NCBI RefSeq assembly: GCF_044704955.1
Contig: NC_091999.1
Span: 54,870,001-54,934,000, forward strand
Source of the DNA: Pristiophorus japonicus
Taxonomy: Eukaryota
Direction of reading: 5' to 3'
DNA length: 64,000 nucleotides
The position numbers and the translations under genes were made by a program. Below, piece after piece: positions 36,334 to 49,967 of the stretch; position 1 is the first letter of the stretch; every line of letters starts with the position of its first letter. The notes beneath the pieces are model-generated. The model saw only the letters and a list, made by a program, of their open reading frames with translations, did not search any database and was not told where the DNA came from.

Positions 36334-39095
36334 AACATAAGAACATAAGAATTAGGAACAGGAGTAGGCCATCTAGCCCCTCGAGCCTGCACCGCCATTC
36401 AACAAGATCATGGCTGATCTGGCCGTGGACTCAGCTCCACTTACCCGCCCGCTCCCCATAACCCTTAATTCCCTTATTGGTTAAAAATCTATCTATCTGT
36501 GATTTGAATACATTCAATGAGCTAGCCTCAACTGCTTCCTTGGGCAGAGAATTCCACAGATTCACAACCCTCTGGGAGAAGGGATTCCTTCTCAACTCGG
36601 TTTTAAATTGGCTCCCCCGTATTTTGAGGCTGTGCCCCCTACTTCTAGTCTCCCCGACCAGTGGAAACAACCTCTCTGCATCGATCTTGTCTATCCCTTT
36701 CATTATTTTAAATTTTTCTATAAGATCACCCCTCATCCTTCTGAACTCCAACGAGTAAAGACCCAGTCTACTCAATCTATCAGCAGAATGTAACCCCCTC
36801 ATCTCTGGAATCAGCCAAGTGAATCGACTCTGTACCCCTCCAAAGCTAGTATATCCTTCCTTAAGTAAGGTGAACAAAACTGCACGCAGCACTCCAGATG
36901 CAGCCTCACTAATACTCTATACAGTTGCATCTTTTGTACTCTCTGCTTTTGTACTCCATTCCTCTCGCAATGAAGGCCAACATTCCATTTGTCTTCCTGA
37001 TTACCTGCTGCACCTGCAAACTAAATTTTTGGGATTCTTGCACAAGGACCCCCAGGTCCCTCTGCACCGCAGCATGTTGTACTTTCTCCCCATTCAAATA
37101 ATTTTCCCTTTTACTGTTGTTTTTCCCAAGGTGGATGACCTCACACTTTCCGACATTGTATTCCATCTGCCAAACCTCAGCCCATTCGTTGAACCTATCT
37201 AAATCTCTTTGCAGCCTCTCTGTGTCCTCTACACAACCCGCTTTCCCACTAATCTTTGTGTCATCTGCAAATTTTGTTACACTACACTCTGTCCCCTCTT
37301 TCATGTCATCTATGTATGTTGCAAACAGTTGTAGTCCCAGCACCGATCCCTGTGGCACACCACTAACCACCGATTTCCAACCCGAAAAGGATCCATTTAT
37401 TCCGACACTCTGCATTCTGTTAGCCAGCCAATTCTCGATCCATGCTAATACATTTCCTCTGACTCCGCGTACCTTTATCTTCTGCAGTAACCTTTATGCG
37501 TGGCACCTTATTGACTGCCTTTTGGGAATCTAAATACACCACATCCATCGGTACATCTCTATCCACCATGCTCGTTATATCCTCAAAGAATTCCAGTAAA
37601 TTAGTTAAACATGATTTCCCCTTCATGAATCCATGTTGTGTCTGCTTGATTGCACTATTTCTATTTAGATGTCCCGCTATTTCTTCCTTAATGATAGTTT
37701 CAAGCATTTTCCCCACTAAAGATGTTAAACTAACCGGCCTATTTTTACCTGCCTTTTGTCTGCCCCCTTTTTTTTTAAACAGAAGCGTTACATTAGCTGC
37801 TTTCCATTCCGATGGTACCTCCCCAGAGTCCAGAGAATTTTGGTAGATTATAACGAATGCATCTGCTATAACTTCCGCCATCTCTTTTAATACTCTGGGA
37901 TGCATTTCATCAGGGCCAGGGGACTTGTCTACCTTCAGTCCCATTAGCATGTCCAGCACTACCCCCTTGTGATAGCGATTGTCTCAAGGTCCTTCGTTCC
38001 CACATAGCTGTGACCAGCAATTTTTGGCATGGTTTTTGTGTCTTCCACTGTGAAGCCCGAAGCAAAATAATTGTTTAAGTTCACAGCCATTTCCACATTT
38101 ACCGTTATTAAATCTCCCTTCTCATCTTCTAAGGGACCAACATTTACTTTAGTCACTCTTTTCCGTTTTATATATCTGTAAAAGCTTTTACTATCTATTT
38201 TTATGTTTTGCGCAAGTTTACTTTTGTAATCTATCCTTCCTTTCTTTATTGCTTTCTTAGTCATTCTTTGCTGCCGTTTAAAATGTTCCCAATATTCTAG
38301 TTTCCCACTAACGTTGGCCACATTATACGCATTGGTTTTTAATTTGATACTCTCCTTTACTTCCTTGGTTATCCACGGCTGGTTATCCCTTATCTTACCA
38401 CCCTTCTTTTTCACTGGAATACATTTTTGTTGAGCACTTTGAAAGAGCTCCTAAAAAGTCCTCCACTGTTCCTCAATTGTGCCACCCTTTAGTCTGTGTT
38501 CCCAGTCTAATTTAGCCAACTCTGCCCTCATCCCACTGTAGGCCCCTTTGTTTAAGCATAGTATGCTCGTTTGAGACACTAATTCCTCACCCTCAAACTT
38601 AGTTACAAATTCAACCATACTGTGAACACTCATTCGGAGAGGATCTTTTACTAGGGGATCGTTTATTATTCCTGTCTCATTGCACAGGACCAGATCGAAG
38701 ATAGCTTGCTCCCTTGTAGGTTCTGTAACATAATGTTCGAAGAAACAATCCCGTATGCATTCTATGAATTCCTCCTCCAGGCTACCCCGTGCGATTTGAT
38801 TTGACCAATCGATATGTCGGTTAAAATGCCCCATGATTACTGCCGTTCCTTTTTCACATGCCTCCATTATTCCCTTGATTATTGCCCGCCCCACCGTGAA
38901 GTTATTACTTGGGGGCCTATAACCTACGCCCACCTGTGACTTTTTCCCCTTACTATCTCTAATCTCCAACCACAATGATTCAACATTTTCTTCATTAGAG
39001 CCAATCTTGTCTCTCACAACTGTCCTGATATCATCCTTTATTAACAGAGCTACCCCACCTCCTTTCCCTTCTTGTCTATCTTTCCGAATTGTCAG
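36334..39095 (-). mobile_element. Relatively young 5'-truncated CR1 (ORF2 endonuclease-RT with few frameshifts)
   Basis: Five consecutive ORF fragments (39128-36431) with YRPP, KSPGPD, RPVSLTS, QHGF, SGVPQGSVLG and FADDT; (TTCTTATG)n tail at ~36334. Confidence 0.95.
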
Positions 39096-39904
39096 CTGAG
39101 CTGAAATGGCCTCCTTCTGTGCTGTCAATTTCTAAGATTCTATGATAGAGTGTATCGGCTCTCACTAAGCAGAGGTCCTAGATTTACAAGCATTGGAAAA
39201 AGATCTAGAGCGGAGAAGAGCAGAATTTGTTTTCACTCAGAGTCAGCAGAGGCATGATGGAACGAATGGCTTCCTTTATGCCGTAATTGTCTGTGACACC
39301 ATGAAATCACAGCAGATTGTTTCTCAGTTATTACTCCACGACACCATGTCTCTGTTCATATTGCACGAGACCTTGTCACTATTTATATTACATTAGACCC
39401 TCTCTCTGTTTATATTACGCTAGACCCTATCTCTGTTTATATTACACTAGAGCCTGTCTATATATATTGTATGAGATCCTGTCTCTGTTTATATTACCCT
39501 CGACCCTGTCTCTGTTTATATCACACTCGACACTGTCGCTGTTTATATTGCACCAGACGCTGTCTCTGTTTATATTGCACTATACCCTGTCTCTGTTTAT
39601 ATTACACTGGACCCTGTCTCTGCTTATGCTACACCATACCCTCTCTGTATATAATATACTAGACCGTATCTCTGTTTATATACCGTGTCTCTGTATACAT
39701 TAGATTAGACCCTATCTCTGTTTATATTACACCAGACCCTGTCTCTGTTTATATTAGACTAGACCATGTCTCTGTTTATATTATCCTAAACCATGTCTCT
39801 TTATATATTACACTAGACCCTGTCTCTGTTTATATTAGACTAGACCCTGTATCTGTTATATCAGACAAGACCATGTCGCTTTATATATTACACGAGACCC
39901 TGTT

Positions 39905-41260
39905 TGCCTAACCTCTGTCGTTGGGAAAATGCTGGAGTCTATTAATAAGGAAGCAGTAATTCAATCAAGCAGAGTCAGCATGGTTTTATGAAAGAGAAAA
40001 CATGTTTGACAAATTTGATGGATTTCTTTAAGGATGTAACGAGCAGGGTGGATAAAGTAGAACAAGTGAATGTCGTGTATTTGTATTTCCAGAAGGCAAT
40101 CGATTAGCTGCTACATAAAAGGTTACTGCACAAGATAAAATTTCACAGGGTTGGGTGTAATATATTAGAATGGATAGAGTATTGGTTAAATAACAGAAAA
40201 CAGAGAACCGGGATAAATAGGTCATTTTCCGGTTGGCAAACTGAATCATGTGGTACCGCAGGGATCGTGCTGCGGCTCAACTATTTACATTCTATATCAA
40301 TGACATTGATGAAGGGACTGAGTGCAATATAGCCAAATTTGCAGATGATAAAAAGATGGGTGGAGAACACAAAACATCTGCAAAGCGATATAGCCAGGCT
40401 AACTGAGTGGTGAAAAATTTGGCAGATGGAATATAATGTGGGAAAATGTGATGTTTCCACTTTGGCAGAAAAAATAGAAAAGCAAATTTTAATATAAATG
40501 GTGAAAAATTGAAAAGTGCTGCAGTACAGAGGGACCTGGGTGTCCTTGTGCATGAAACACAAAAAGTTAGCATGCAGTTACAGCAAATATTCAGGAAGGA
40601 TAATGGTATGTTGACCTTTATTGCAAGGGTATAGAATATAAAAGCAGAGAAGTCCTGCTACAACTCTACAGGGTATTCGTGAGTGTACATCTAGCGTACT
40701 GCATACAGTTTCGGTCTCCTTATTTAAGGAAGGATGTATTTGCATTGGACGTTGTTCAGAGAACGTTCACTCGGTTGATTCCGGAGAGGAGGGGGTTAAT
40801 TATGAAGATAGGTTGAGTAGGTTGGGACTATACACAATTGAGTTCAGAAGAATCAGAGGTGACCTTATTGAAACTTTAAGGTACGGTGGGGACTCGACAA
40901 GGTGGAAGCAGAGAGAATATTTCCACTCATAGGGGAAAATAAAACGAGGGGACATAGTCTCAAAATAACGGGCCGCCCAGTTAACCGGAGATGAGGAGGA
41001 ATTTCTTCTCTGAGAGGCCTGTAAATCTATGGAATTCTCTGCCATGGAGAGCTGTGGAGGCTAGGTCATTGAATATATTGAAGACGGAGATAGATCGATC
41101 TTTGAGCGATAAGGGAATACATGGTAATGGGGAGCTGGCAGGGAAGTGGGGCTGAATCAGTGATCAGATCAGCCATGTTCTTATTAAATGGCACAGCAGG
41201 TTCGAGGGGACAGGCGGCCTACTCCTGTTCCAGGATATTATGTTCTTATGTTCTTATTTT
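39905..41260 (+). mobile_element. CR1 RT 3' fragment
   Basis: QHGF/FADD remnants and a TATGTTCT tail at ~41240. Confidence 0.9.
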
Positions 41261-43319
41261 TGTTACACTATATCGTGTTTGTGTTTATATTACACTAAGC
41301 CCTGTCTCTGTTTGTATTACACTGAGCCCTATTTCTGTTTAGATTATACGAGGCCTTGTCCCTGATTTTACTAAGCTTGGCCATCTTTTTTTTATAATAA
41401 ACTCGACCCTCTCTCTGTTTATATTACACTAGACACTGTCTGTGTTCATATTGCACTGTGCCCTGTCTCTGTTGACATTACACTAGCCGCTGTCACTGTT
41501 TATACGACACGAGGACATGTCTCTGTTTATATTATGCTAGACCCTATCGCTGTTTATATTACACGAGACCCTGTCTTTGTTTATATTAAATTGGCCCTGT
41601 CTCTTTTTATATTTCACTGGATCCTGTCTCTGTTTATATTACACTAGGCCTTATCTCTGTTTATATTATACTGGATCCTGTCTCTGTTTATATTACATTA
41701 TACCCTGTTTCTATTTGTATTACATTAGACCATGTCTCTCTTTATATTACACTAGACCCTGTCTCTGTTTATATTATACTAGACCGCGTCTCTGTTTATA
41801 TTGCACTAGACACTGTCTCTGTTTATATTCCACTCGACCCTGTCTCTGTTTATATTACACTAGGCTCTGTTGCTGTGTCTCTGTTTACATTACACTAGAC
41901 CCTGTCTCAGTTTATAATACAATAGACCCTGTCTCAGTTTGTATTACAGTAGACCCTGATCAGTTTATTTTACACTAGTCCCTGTCCCCGTTTATGTTAT
42001 GTTACGCCTGTCTCTCTTTATGTTACACTAGACCTTGTCTATTTTCATATTACAGTAGACCCTGTCTTTGTTTATATTACACTAGACCCTGTCTCTGTTT
42101 AAATTACACTAGACCCAGGCCCTGTGTACATTACACTCGACCCTATCTCTGTTTATATTAAACAAAGCCCTTACCCTGTTTATATTACACGAGACCCTGC
42201 CGATGTTTACATTACACTAGGCTCTGTCCCTGCTTATATTATACTATATCTTGTATCTCTTTATATGGCACTAGACCCTGTCTATGTTAAATTACACTAG
42301 ACCCTGTGCGGATTCAATACTTTTTTGGTTTGAAGTATATGTTTAGTTTTGTTAACAGCTATCAAGCGCTGTCTGCAATTTCTGCTTGATCTGGTATTGT
42401 TTCGTTAATATTTGTTTTGAGAAGATGTGATGAATTTTGTAACAATCTCCAAGAGATGGACTGGGATTGAGGGACAGGACTGAAGTTGAGGAATAGTGCA
42501 CTGCACTTTGTACTACTTCGTGGCACTCTGTGTGTTAAAGGTTGCTAATTCGCACGTGTGTTGTCCTGTGCCAATTCCTTCGAGTTCTTTAATGTTAATG
42601 ATTGTTTTTCCTGCAGTATTTGCTCGTTAGCTTTCACGTGACCCACTGATTATGTCAGGCAGAGCCTGGAAACTTGACCTCACAGCACCGCCGGATGGGC
42701 GGCCGCATGGTCCTAATATCCACCTAAACGAATCCTCTCGTATCGTTAAGATGAACAACTTAAAAGAGCACACACAAACTTTTTGCTAAATGTGTATGTG
42801 TATGTGTAGGTGTATATGTAGAAAACACATCATTCATTATGTGTGCATTCCACAAAGATAAATGATTTGCTTCGACCATTATTTTTCAGCATTTTATTGT
42901 ATTCAAAATGCAATTGCATGTCGTTTAATAACTTTAATATTTATTGATAACCCAGTGTCCTGTATGCTCTTGTTTAGAAAGTGATGTCGCACTGACCATT
43001 CCGTTACCAAGGTGACCATGTCTGTCGCTGTATTCAGTGGAAAAGGGGATTAAATCCCACCGAGGATAATGAGCAGCCCCCCGCTGGTCTCTGTGCTTTA
43101 TTGTCTAGTGATCACCTCACCGTCACACAGAAGCTCCTGAGATTTACCTCCACTGTGGATGATTAGTGTAAGTGTTGGCAAAAATGAAAATGCACCTGTA
43201 GCTTGCATGAGGTTAATAAATCTGTAATTATCTGATGTGCTGTTTCTCTCGTTACACCAGACCCCATCGCAGTTTTTACTGCACTAAACACAATCTCAGT
43301 TTATATGGTTGAAGTGTCT

Positions 43320-44440
43320 TGATAATATCCTTGCCGGCAAAGTTGAAGCCCATAAAATAAAAAGAACAGTGGCAGCATGGATATGAAATTGGCTGAGTGA
43401 CAGGAATCAGAGAGGAGTGTTCTTATTTAGACTGTAGGAAGGTACACAGTGGTGTTCCGCAGTGGTAGGTAATGGGAACTCTGCTTATCTTGATTTATAT
43501 TCATGACATAGATTTTGGTGTGCGGGGCACAATTTCAAATGTTCATATCATTCAAAGCTGGGAGGCATAGTGAACAGTGAGGAGGATAGTGCTGACTGCA
43601 AGAGGACATAGATATTCTCGTGGAATGTGTGGACACGTGGCAAATGAAACGGAGAACATTTTGAAGTGATTCTTTTTGTAGGAAGAACGCGGAGAGGGAA
43701 AATAAATCAAAGGGTACATTTCTAAAAGGTGTGATGAACAGAGAAACCTGGAGGTATGTTTGCACAAATTATCGAAGATGGCAGGATAGGTTGAGAAAGT
43801 GTTTTATAAAGCATGCGGAATCCTGGGCTTCATAAATAGAGGCCTAGAATACAAAAGCAAGGAAATTATGATGAACGCGTATAAAACACTGGTTAGGCCT
43901 CAACTGGAGTATTGTGTCCAATTCTGGGCACCGCACTTTAGGAAGGATATGAAGGTCTTAGAGAGGGGGCAGAAAAGATTTACCTGTTGTTCCAGGGATA
44001 AGACGCTTAAATTTTGTGGATAGACTGGAGAAGCTGGGATTGTTCTCCGTGGAGCAGAGAAGGTTGAGATCAGATTTGAGAGAGGTGTTCAGAATCATAA
44101 GACAGAAAAGCTGGGGAGAAACTGTTCCCATTGCCGTAAGGGTCGAGAACAGAGGATAGCGATTTAAGGTGATTGCAGAAGAACCAAAGGCGACATGAGG
44201 AAATCGTTTTTACACAGCTAGTGGTTGGGATCTGGAATGCACTGCCTGAAAGGGTGGTGGAGGCAGAGTCACTCATGGCATGACAAAGGGAATTCGATAA
44301 GTACCTCAATGAAGAAAATTCGCAGGGCTAGGGGAAAGGGCGGGGGAGTGGACTGGCTGACATACTCATGCAGAGAGCGGCATGGGTTATATGGGGCAAA
44401 TGGCCCTCTTCTGTGCTGTAACCATTCTATGATTCTATAA
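43320..44440 (+). mobile_element. Old CR1 fragment shared by the segmental copies (also ~50120-51020, ~60545-61427)
   Basis: YKTLVRPQLEYCVQFWAPHFRKD. Confidence 0.9.
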
Positions 44441-44499
44441 TAGAGCAGAACCTGTCTCAGTTATTACTACACTAGTCCCTGTTCCGGTTTATATTACCC

Positions 44500-44890
44500 C
44501 ATCCACCACGTTAAATATTCACTACCTCCACCACCGGCGCACTATGGCTGCAGTGAGTACTATCTACAAGATGCATTGCAGCAACTCGCTAAGATGTCTT
44601 CGACAGCACTTTCCAAACGTTCGACCTCTTCCACCGAGAAGGACAAGAGCTACGGGCTCATGGGAGCACCATCACCTCCACATAACCCTTCAAATCACAC
44701 ACCATCTTAACTTGGAAAGTTATTACCGATCCTTCATAATCGCTGGGTCAGATTTGTGGAACACCCACACTAACCTTCACCACACGGGCTGCAGCGCTTC
44801 AAGGTGGCAGCTCACCAAATGCTTTTCAAGGCTAATTAGGGATAGACATTGCCAGCGACACCCACACCCACATGCCAGGAACCAATACAC
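44500..44890 (+). mobile_element. 3' end of a second CR1-clade LINE family (also ~51640-52060)
   Basis: AAVSTIYKMHCSNS.R.LRQH.PN.RPLPPRRTRA motif, duplicated. Confidence 0.7.
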
Positions 44891-46246
44891 AATGTCCCAG
44901 TATCAGTACTTACTGCACGAGCCACTACCTCAGTTATTACTGCACTAGAAACACTAATATTGTACTCGGCCCTGTTTCAGATATTACTGGAATATGCCAT
45001 GCCTTTGTTCCCATTACATAAGACCCTGTCTCTGCTTATAGTAAATTAGACAAAGACACTCTTTATATTACACTAGCCCCATTCTTTCATATTAATAAAC
45101 TAGACCATGCCTCTGTTTATATTAAACTAGACCCTGTCTAAGTTATTACTGCACTAAACTATGTAACTCACAGGGCAGGACCAGCATATGTCAGATACAG
45201 AGTAATGCTCCCTCTGCACCATTCCATCAAACAGTCCCAGGGTAGGTATAACACAGGTTAGATACAGAGTAAAGCTGTCTCTACACAGTCCCATCACACA
45301 CGCCCAGAGCTGGTAAGCACGGGTTAGATACAGTGTAAAGATCCCTCTACATTGTCCCATCAAAAACTGCCAGGTAATTAATTGCACATGTCACATTTTG
45401 GATTAAAGCTCCCTCTGTGCACTCTGATCAATTTGGGTCGAGGCATATCATTAGGGCTCAAGGAAAACGTTTGTTGGATTTTGACATCTAGTTGTGGGGG
45501 AAAGCCAATTATCCATTCTTGAGAGACAAGACGGAAAGTGGAAATAAGAGAGGGAGTGGATACAGGAAATCTCCACTGACACATTTGTGATGTCACTATT
45601 AGATTGAGAATCTTTCCCCATTCTGTCCATGAGGATCATCTTTACTTTATTCACCTTTAATTTAGAGAAAGGTACCAAAAAACAATTGTTGCTGGAATCT
45701 GTTGAGAGATTTGCATTTCCCTCCATCTTTATTTCTGTGCTGTGTTGGTGGGGAAACATGTATTGTCTTCCTGTCGCTGAATACTCTAATCTGAGACTGT
45801 TTTTCTGTGTTTATTTACATAAACGTCTCACTGGTTCCCATGAAATGTTCATGGCAGCAAAATAAGATCAACAGACTCACTTATTGATTCTTTTCAACTA
45901 ACAACAAGGGCTTATTTTAAGAATATTGACTGTTGGTACACAAAAATATACATATCTCGAACAGTGACTTTGGCTTCAGTTTTCTTCAATTAGAACAGAT
46001 GTGATTTATATCAAAGGGAATAAATTTTAAAACGAATAAGTCAGTTCTGAAAGTTCTGCTGCCAAACTCAGTGGAACATCTCTGAACAGGCTGCTTTTCC
46101 ACTGGATCTCCACTTAGTGGAATATTTAATCCATTGAAACTTAATACGTTAAACCAGTGAGCAGAGGGGTGTCGGACAATCACAGTAATATCTGAATTTT
46201 TCACATCTCAAATCTTGTATTTTCCAATGTTGACATTTAGAAACAC

Positions 46247-46670
46247 CTTGCATTTATATAGCACCTTTAATGACCTCAAGTTGTCCCAAAGTGCTTTATA
46301 GCCAATGAATTATTTCGGAAGTGTGGTCATCGTTGTAATGTACGAAACGTGGCCGCCAATTTGTGCACAGCAAGATCCCATAAAAAGCAATGAAATAATG
46401 ATCAGATAATCAATTTTTCAGATGTTGATTGAGGGATAATTTTTTCCGCTGGAAACCCTGGAGAACTTCTCTGCTCTTTACGATAGTGCCATGAGTCCTT
46501 TAAATCCACCTGAGTGGGAAGACTGGGACTCAGTTTAATGTCTGCCCCGAAAGACAGCACCTCTGATCGTGCAGCACTCCCACAGTACTGGCACCAGGCG
46601 TGTCAGTTTAGATTATGGGTTCAGATCTCTGGAGTGGGGTTTAGTATCTGTGACCAGAGGGCTGAATGTG
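46247..46670 (-). mobile_element. DeuSINE (SacSINE1-like)
   Basis: 3' end GGTGCTATATAAATGCAAG; body homologous to the 53287 copy. Confidence 0.85.
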
Positions 46671-46824
46671 CACGTTATGTGCTGTATCATTCTTCCATTC
46701 TGTGATTCTATATCTACATGATGTCTCGGTTCATATTACACTAAGACCCGTCTCGGTTTATAAAACACTAGTTCCTGCCACAGTTATTATTCAAGGCACC
46801 TTTTTATATCACGCTAAGACCTTA

Positions 46825-47750
46825 GAACACAAGAATATAAGAATATAAGAAATAGGAGCAGGAGTAGGCCATTTGGCCCCACGAGCCTACTCTGCCGTTT
46901 AATAAGTTCATGGCTGGTCTAATCATGGACTCAGCTCCAATGCCCAGCCCGCTTCCCCTAACCCTTTATTCCCTTATCGCTCAAAAAATCTGTCCATCTC
47001 TGCCTTACATATATACAATGACCCAGCCTCCACAGCTCTCTGTTGCAGAGAATTCCGCAGATTTACAACCCTCTGAGAGCAGAGATTCCTCCTCATCTCA
47101 GTTTTAAATGGCAGCCCCTTATTCTGAGATGAAGCCTCCTAGTTTTAGTTTCCCCTGTGAGTGGAAATGTCCTCTCTGCATCCACCTTCTCGGGCCCCCC
47201 ATTATCTTATATGTTTCGCTAAGATCATCACTCATTCTTCTGAACTCCAACATGTATAGGCCCAATCTAGTCAACTTTTATTCATACATCAACCCCATCT
47301 TCTCCGGAATCAACCCAATGAACCTTCTCTGAAAAGTCTCCAATGCAAGTATAACCTTCCTTAAATCCGGCGAACAAAACTTTATGCAGTACCCCAGATG
47401 TGGCCTCACCAATACCCTGTAGAGTTGTAGCAGGAATTCTCTACTTTTGTACTCCATCCCCTTTGCAATAAAGGCCAACATTCCATTTGCCTTCCTGATT
47501 ACTTGCTGTACCTGCACAGTAACATTTTGTGTTTCATGCACAACTACACCCAGGTCCCTCTGTACCGCAGCACCTTTCAATTTTTCTCCATTTAAATTAT
47601 AATTTGCTTTATTATTCTTTTCTGCCAAAGTGGATAATCTGAGATTTTCACCATTATACTCCATCTGCCAAATTTTGTTCACTCACTTAGCCTGTCTATA
47701 TCCCCTTGCAGATTTTTTTAGTGTCTTCCTTACCATTTGCTTTTGCACAC
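46825..47750 (-). mobile_element. CR1 3' fragment
   Basis: ORF 47278-47682 (QRDLGV..KANGMLAFIA..LYRVLVRPHL.YC). Confidence 0.9.
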
Positions 47751-49005
47751 AAAATTTATTTTTACACACTCACTTGAATGGCTCCATTAACTCCGTGTTG
47801 TGGTCAGTTTACTCATCCTCCCAGCAGTCCCTCTCTTGATTATCGATGCCCTGGACTCTGTCACAGTTATAACTGCACTAGACCCAGTCTCTGTTTATAT
47901 TACACTGGACCCTGTCTCTGTTTAATTTACACTCGTCCCTGTCTCTATTTATATTACACTAGACATTGTCTCTGTTTATATAACATTGGACCCTGTCCCT
48001 GTTTATATGACACTAGAACCTGTCTTTCTTTATATTACACTAAACCCTGTCTCTGGTTATATTACACTAGACCCAGCTACTGTTTATATTACACTAGCCC
48101 TTGTCTCTGTTTATGTTACATTAGACCCTGCCTCTATTTATATTACACTCGTCCCTGTCTCAGATTATATTACACTATACTCGGTCCAATTTTATATTAT
48201 ACTGGACCGTCTCAGTTTATATTACACTAGACCATGTCTCTGTTTATATTACACTAGGCACTGTCTTAGTTATTCCTGCCATAGACCATGGCTGAAATAT
48301 ATTATGCTAAATGCTGTCTCTCTTGATATTAAACTCGATCTTGTCTAAACTATTCGTGCACTGGATCCTGTCCCTATTTCTTATACCATAGACCCCGCCT
48401 CAGTTATTTCTGCACTTGCACATGCGTCTGTTACATAGGCAGACGATATAAAGAGGGATCGACAGATATTAATATAAATAAAGATGTATATATGTGTGGC
48501 TGTGAGGATGCAGTATTTTTTTGTTTGGAAGTATATGTTTAGATTTGTTAACAGCTATCAACAGCTGTGTGCAATCTCTAATTGATAAAGTATTATGACG
48601 GTAATATTTGTGTTGAGAGGATGGGGTGAATCTTGTAACAATCTTCCAGTGATGGACTTGGATTGAGGGACAGGACGGAAGATGAGCAATCGTGCACTGC
48701 ACTTTGAACTACTGGCAACATCTGTGTGTTTGAGGTTACTAAATCACACTTGTGTTGTCCTGTGCCTATTTCTCCAAGTTCTTTAACGTTAAGGATTGTC
48801 TTTCGTCCAATATTTTCTATTTAGCTGTGACGTGGCCCACTGATTATATAAGACAGAGCCTGGAACCGTGACCTCAGAGCACCGCCGGATGGCCGGCCGC
48901 AGTGTCCTAATATCCACCGGAATAAATGTTCTCACCTTGTGAAATGAACAACTGAAAAGAGAACAGTAAAAAGTGTTTGGTATATGTGTATGTGTGTTTG
49001 CGTGT

Positions 49006-49141
49006 NNNNNNNNNNNNNNNNNNNNNNNNNNNNNNNNNNNNNNNNNNNNNNNNNNNNNNNNNNNNNNNNNNNNNNNNNNNNNNNNNNNNNNNNNNNNNNN
49101 NNNNNNNNNNNNNNNNNNNNNNNNNNNNNNNNNNNNNNNNN
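49006..49141. other. Assembly gap (N) at a TG microsatellite
   Basis: Run of n. Confidence 1.
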
Positions 49142-49462
49142 GTTAATAATGTGTGGAAGTGCATTCCACAAAGATAAATGATTAGCTTCACCATTATTTT
49201 TCAGCATAATACTTTATTCAAAATGCAAATGCAGGTCGTTTAATAGATTAAAAATGTATTGTTAAACCATTCTCTTGCGTGCTCTTGTTTAGAAAATGAA
49301 GTCAGTCTGACCATTCTGTTACCAGGTGAACATTTCTGTCCGCAGTATCCAGTATGAAACGGGATTAAATCACACCGAGGATAATGAGCAACCAGACGCC
49401 AGTCTCCGCGCTTTATCGTCTAGTGATCACCTCAGCATCACCCAGAAAACACTGATATAGAC

Positions 49463-49967
49463 CTTGAGGGAGTGCAGCCAAAGTTCACCTGACTGGTTCG
49501 CGGGATGGCAGGACTGACATATGAAGAATGATTGGATTGACTAGACTAATATCCACTTGATTTAGAAGAATGAGAGGGGATCTCATAGAAGCATATAAAA
49601 TTCCGACGGGATTGGACAGGTTAGATGCAAGAAGAATGTTCCCGATGTTGGGGAAATCCAGAACCAGGAGTCACAATCTAAGGATAAGGGGTAAGCCATT
49701 TAGGATAGAGATGAGGAGAAACTTCTTCACCCAGAGAAATGTGAACCGATGGAATTCTCTACCACAGAAAGTTGTTGAGTCCAGTTCGTTGGATATATTC
49801 AAAAGGGAGTTAGATTTGGCCCTTACGGTTAAAGAGATCAGGGGGTATGGAGAGAAGACAGGAGTGGTGTACTGAAGTTGTATGATCAGCCATGATCATA
49901 TTTAATGGTGCTGCAGGCTCGAAGGGCCGAATGGCCTGCTCCTGCACATATTTTCTATGTTTCTATG
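49463..49967 (+). mobile_element. Young CR1 3' end inserted into one segmental copy only
   Basis: ORF 49570-49875 and a TTTCTATG tail; it interrupts a block that is contiguous at 43150 and 60380. Confidence 0.9.

Larger units (their letters stand above)
42306..46720. repeat. One copy of a multi-kb diverged segmental repeat (other copies ~33000-34950 partial, ~48350-54080, ~59150-61427)
   Basis: Same order of unique blocks, CR1, LINE 3' end, 27-bp and 67-bp repeats, an AT-rich block and a SINE. Confidence 0.88.

Noticed and set aside
43010-43180. Possible exon in the duplicated block (+ frame GLNPTEDNEQP..SDHLTVTQKLL; - frame with conserved TGA-x-TGA suggesting selenocysteine)
   Set aside because: A manual comparison of two copies gave as many first-position as third-position changes, there are frameshifts and stops in all frames, and I recognise no homology or SECIS.
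32019-48348. Cys/Tyr-rich RPCLCLYYT and ITLDPVSVY repeat ORFs; CRISPR-like appearance
   Set aside because: The 27-bp (9-codon) satellite has no unique spacers and no cas genes, and the context is eukaryotic.
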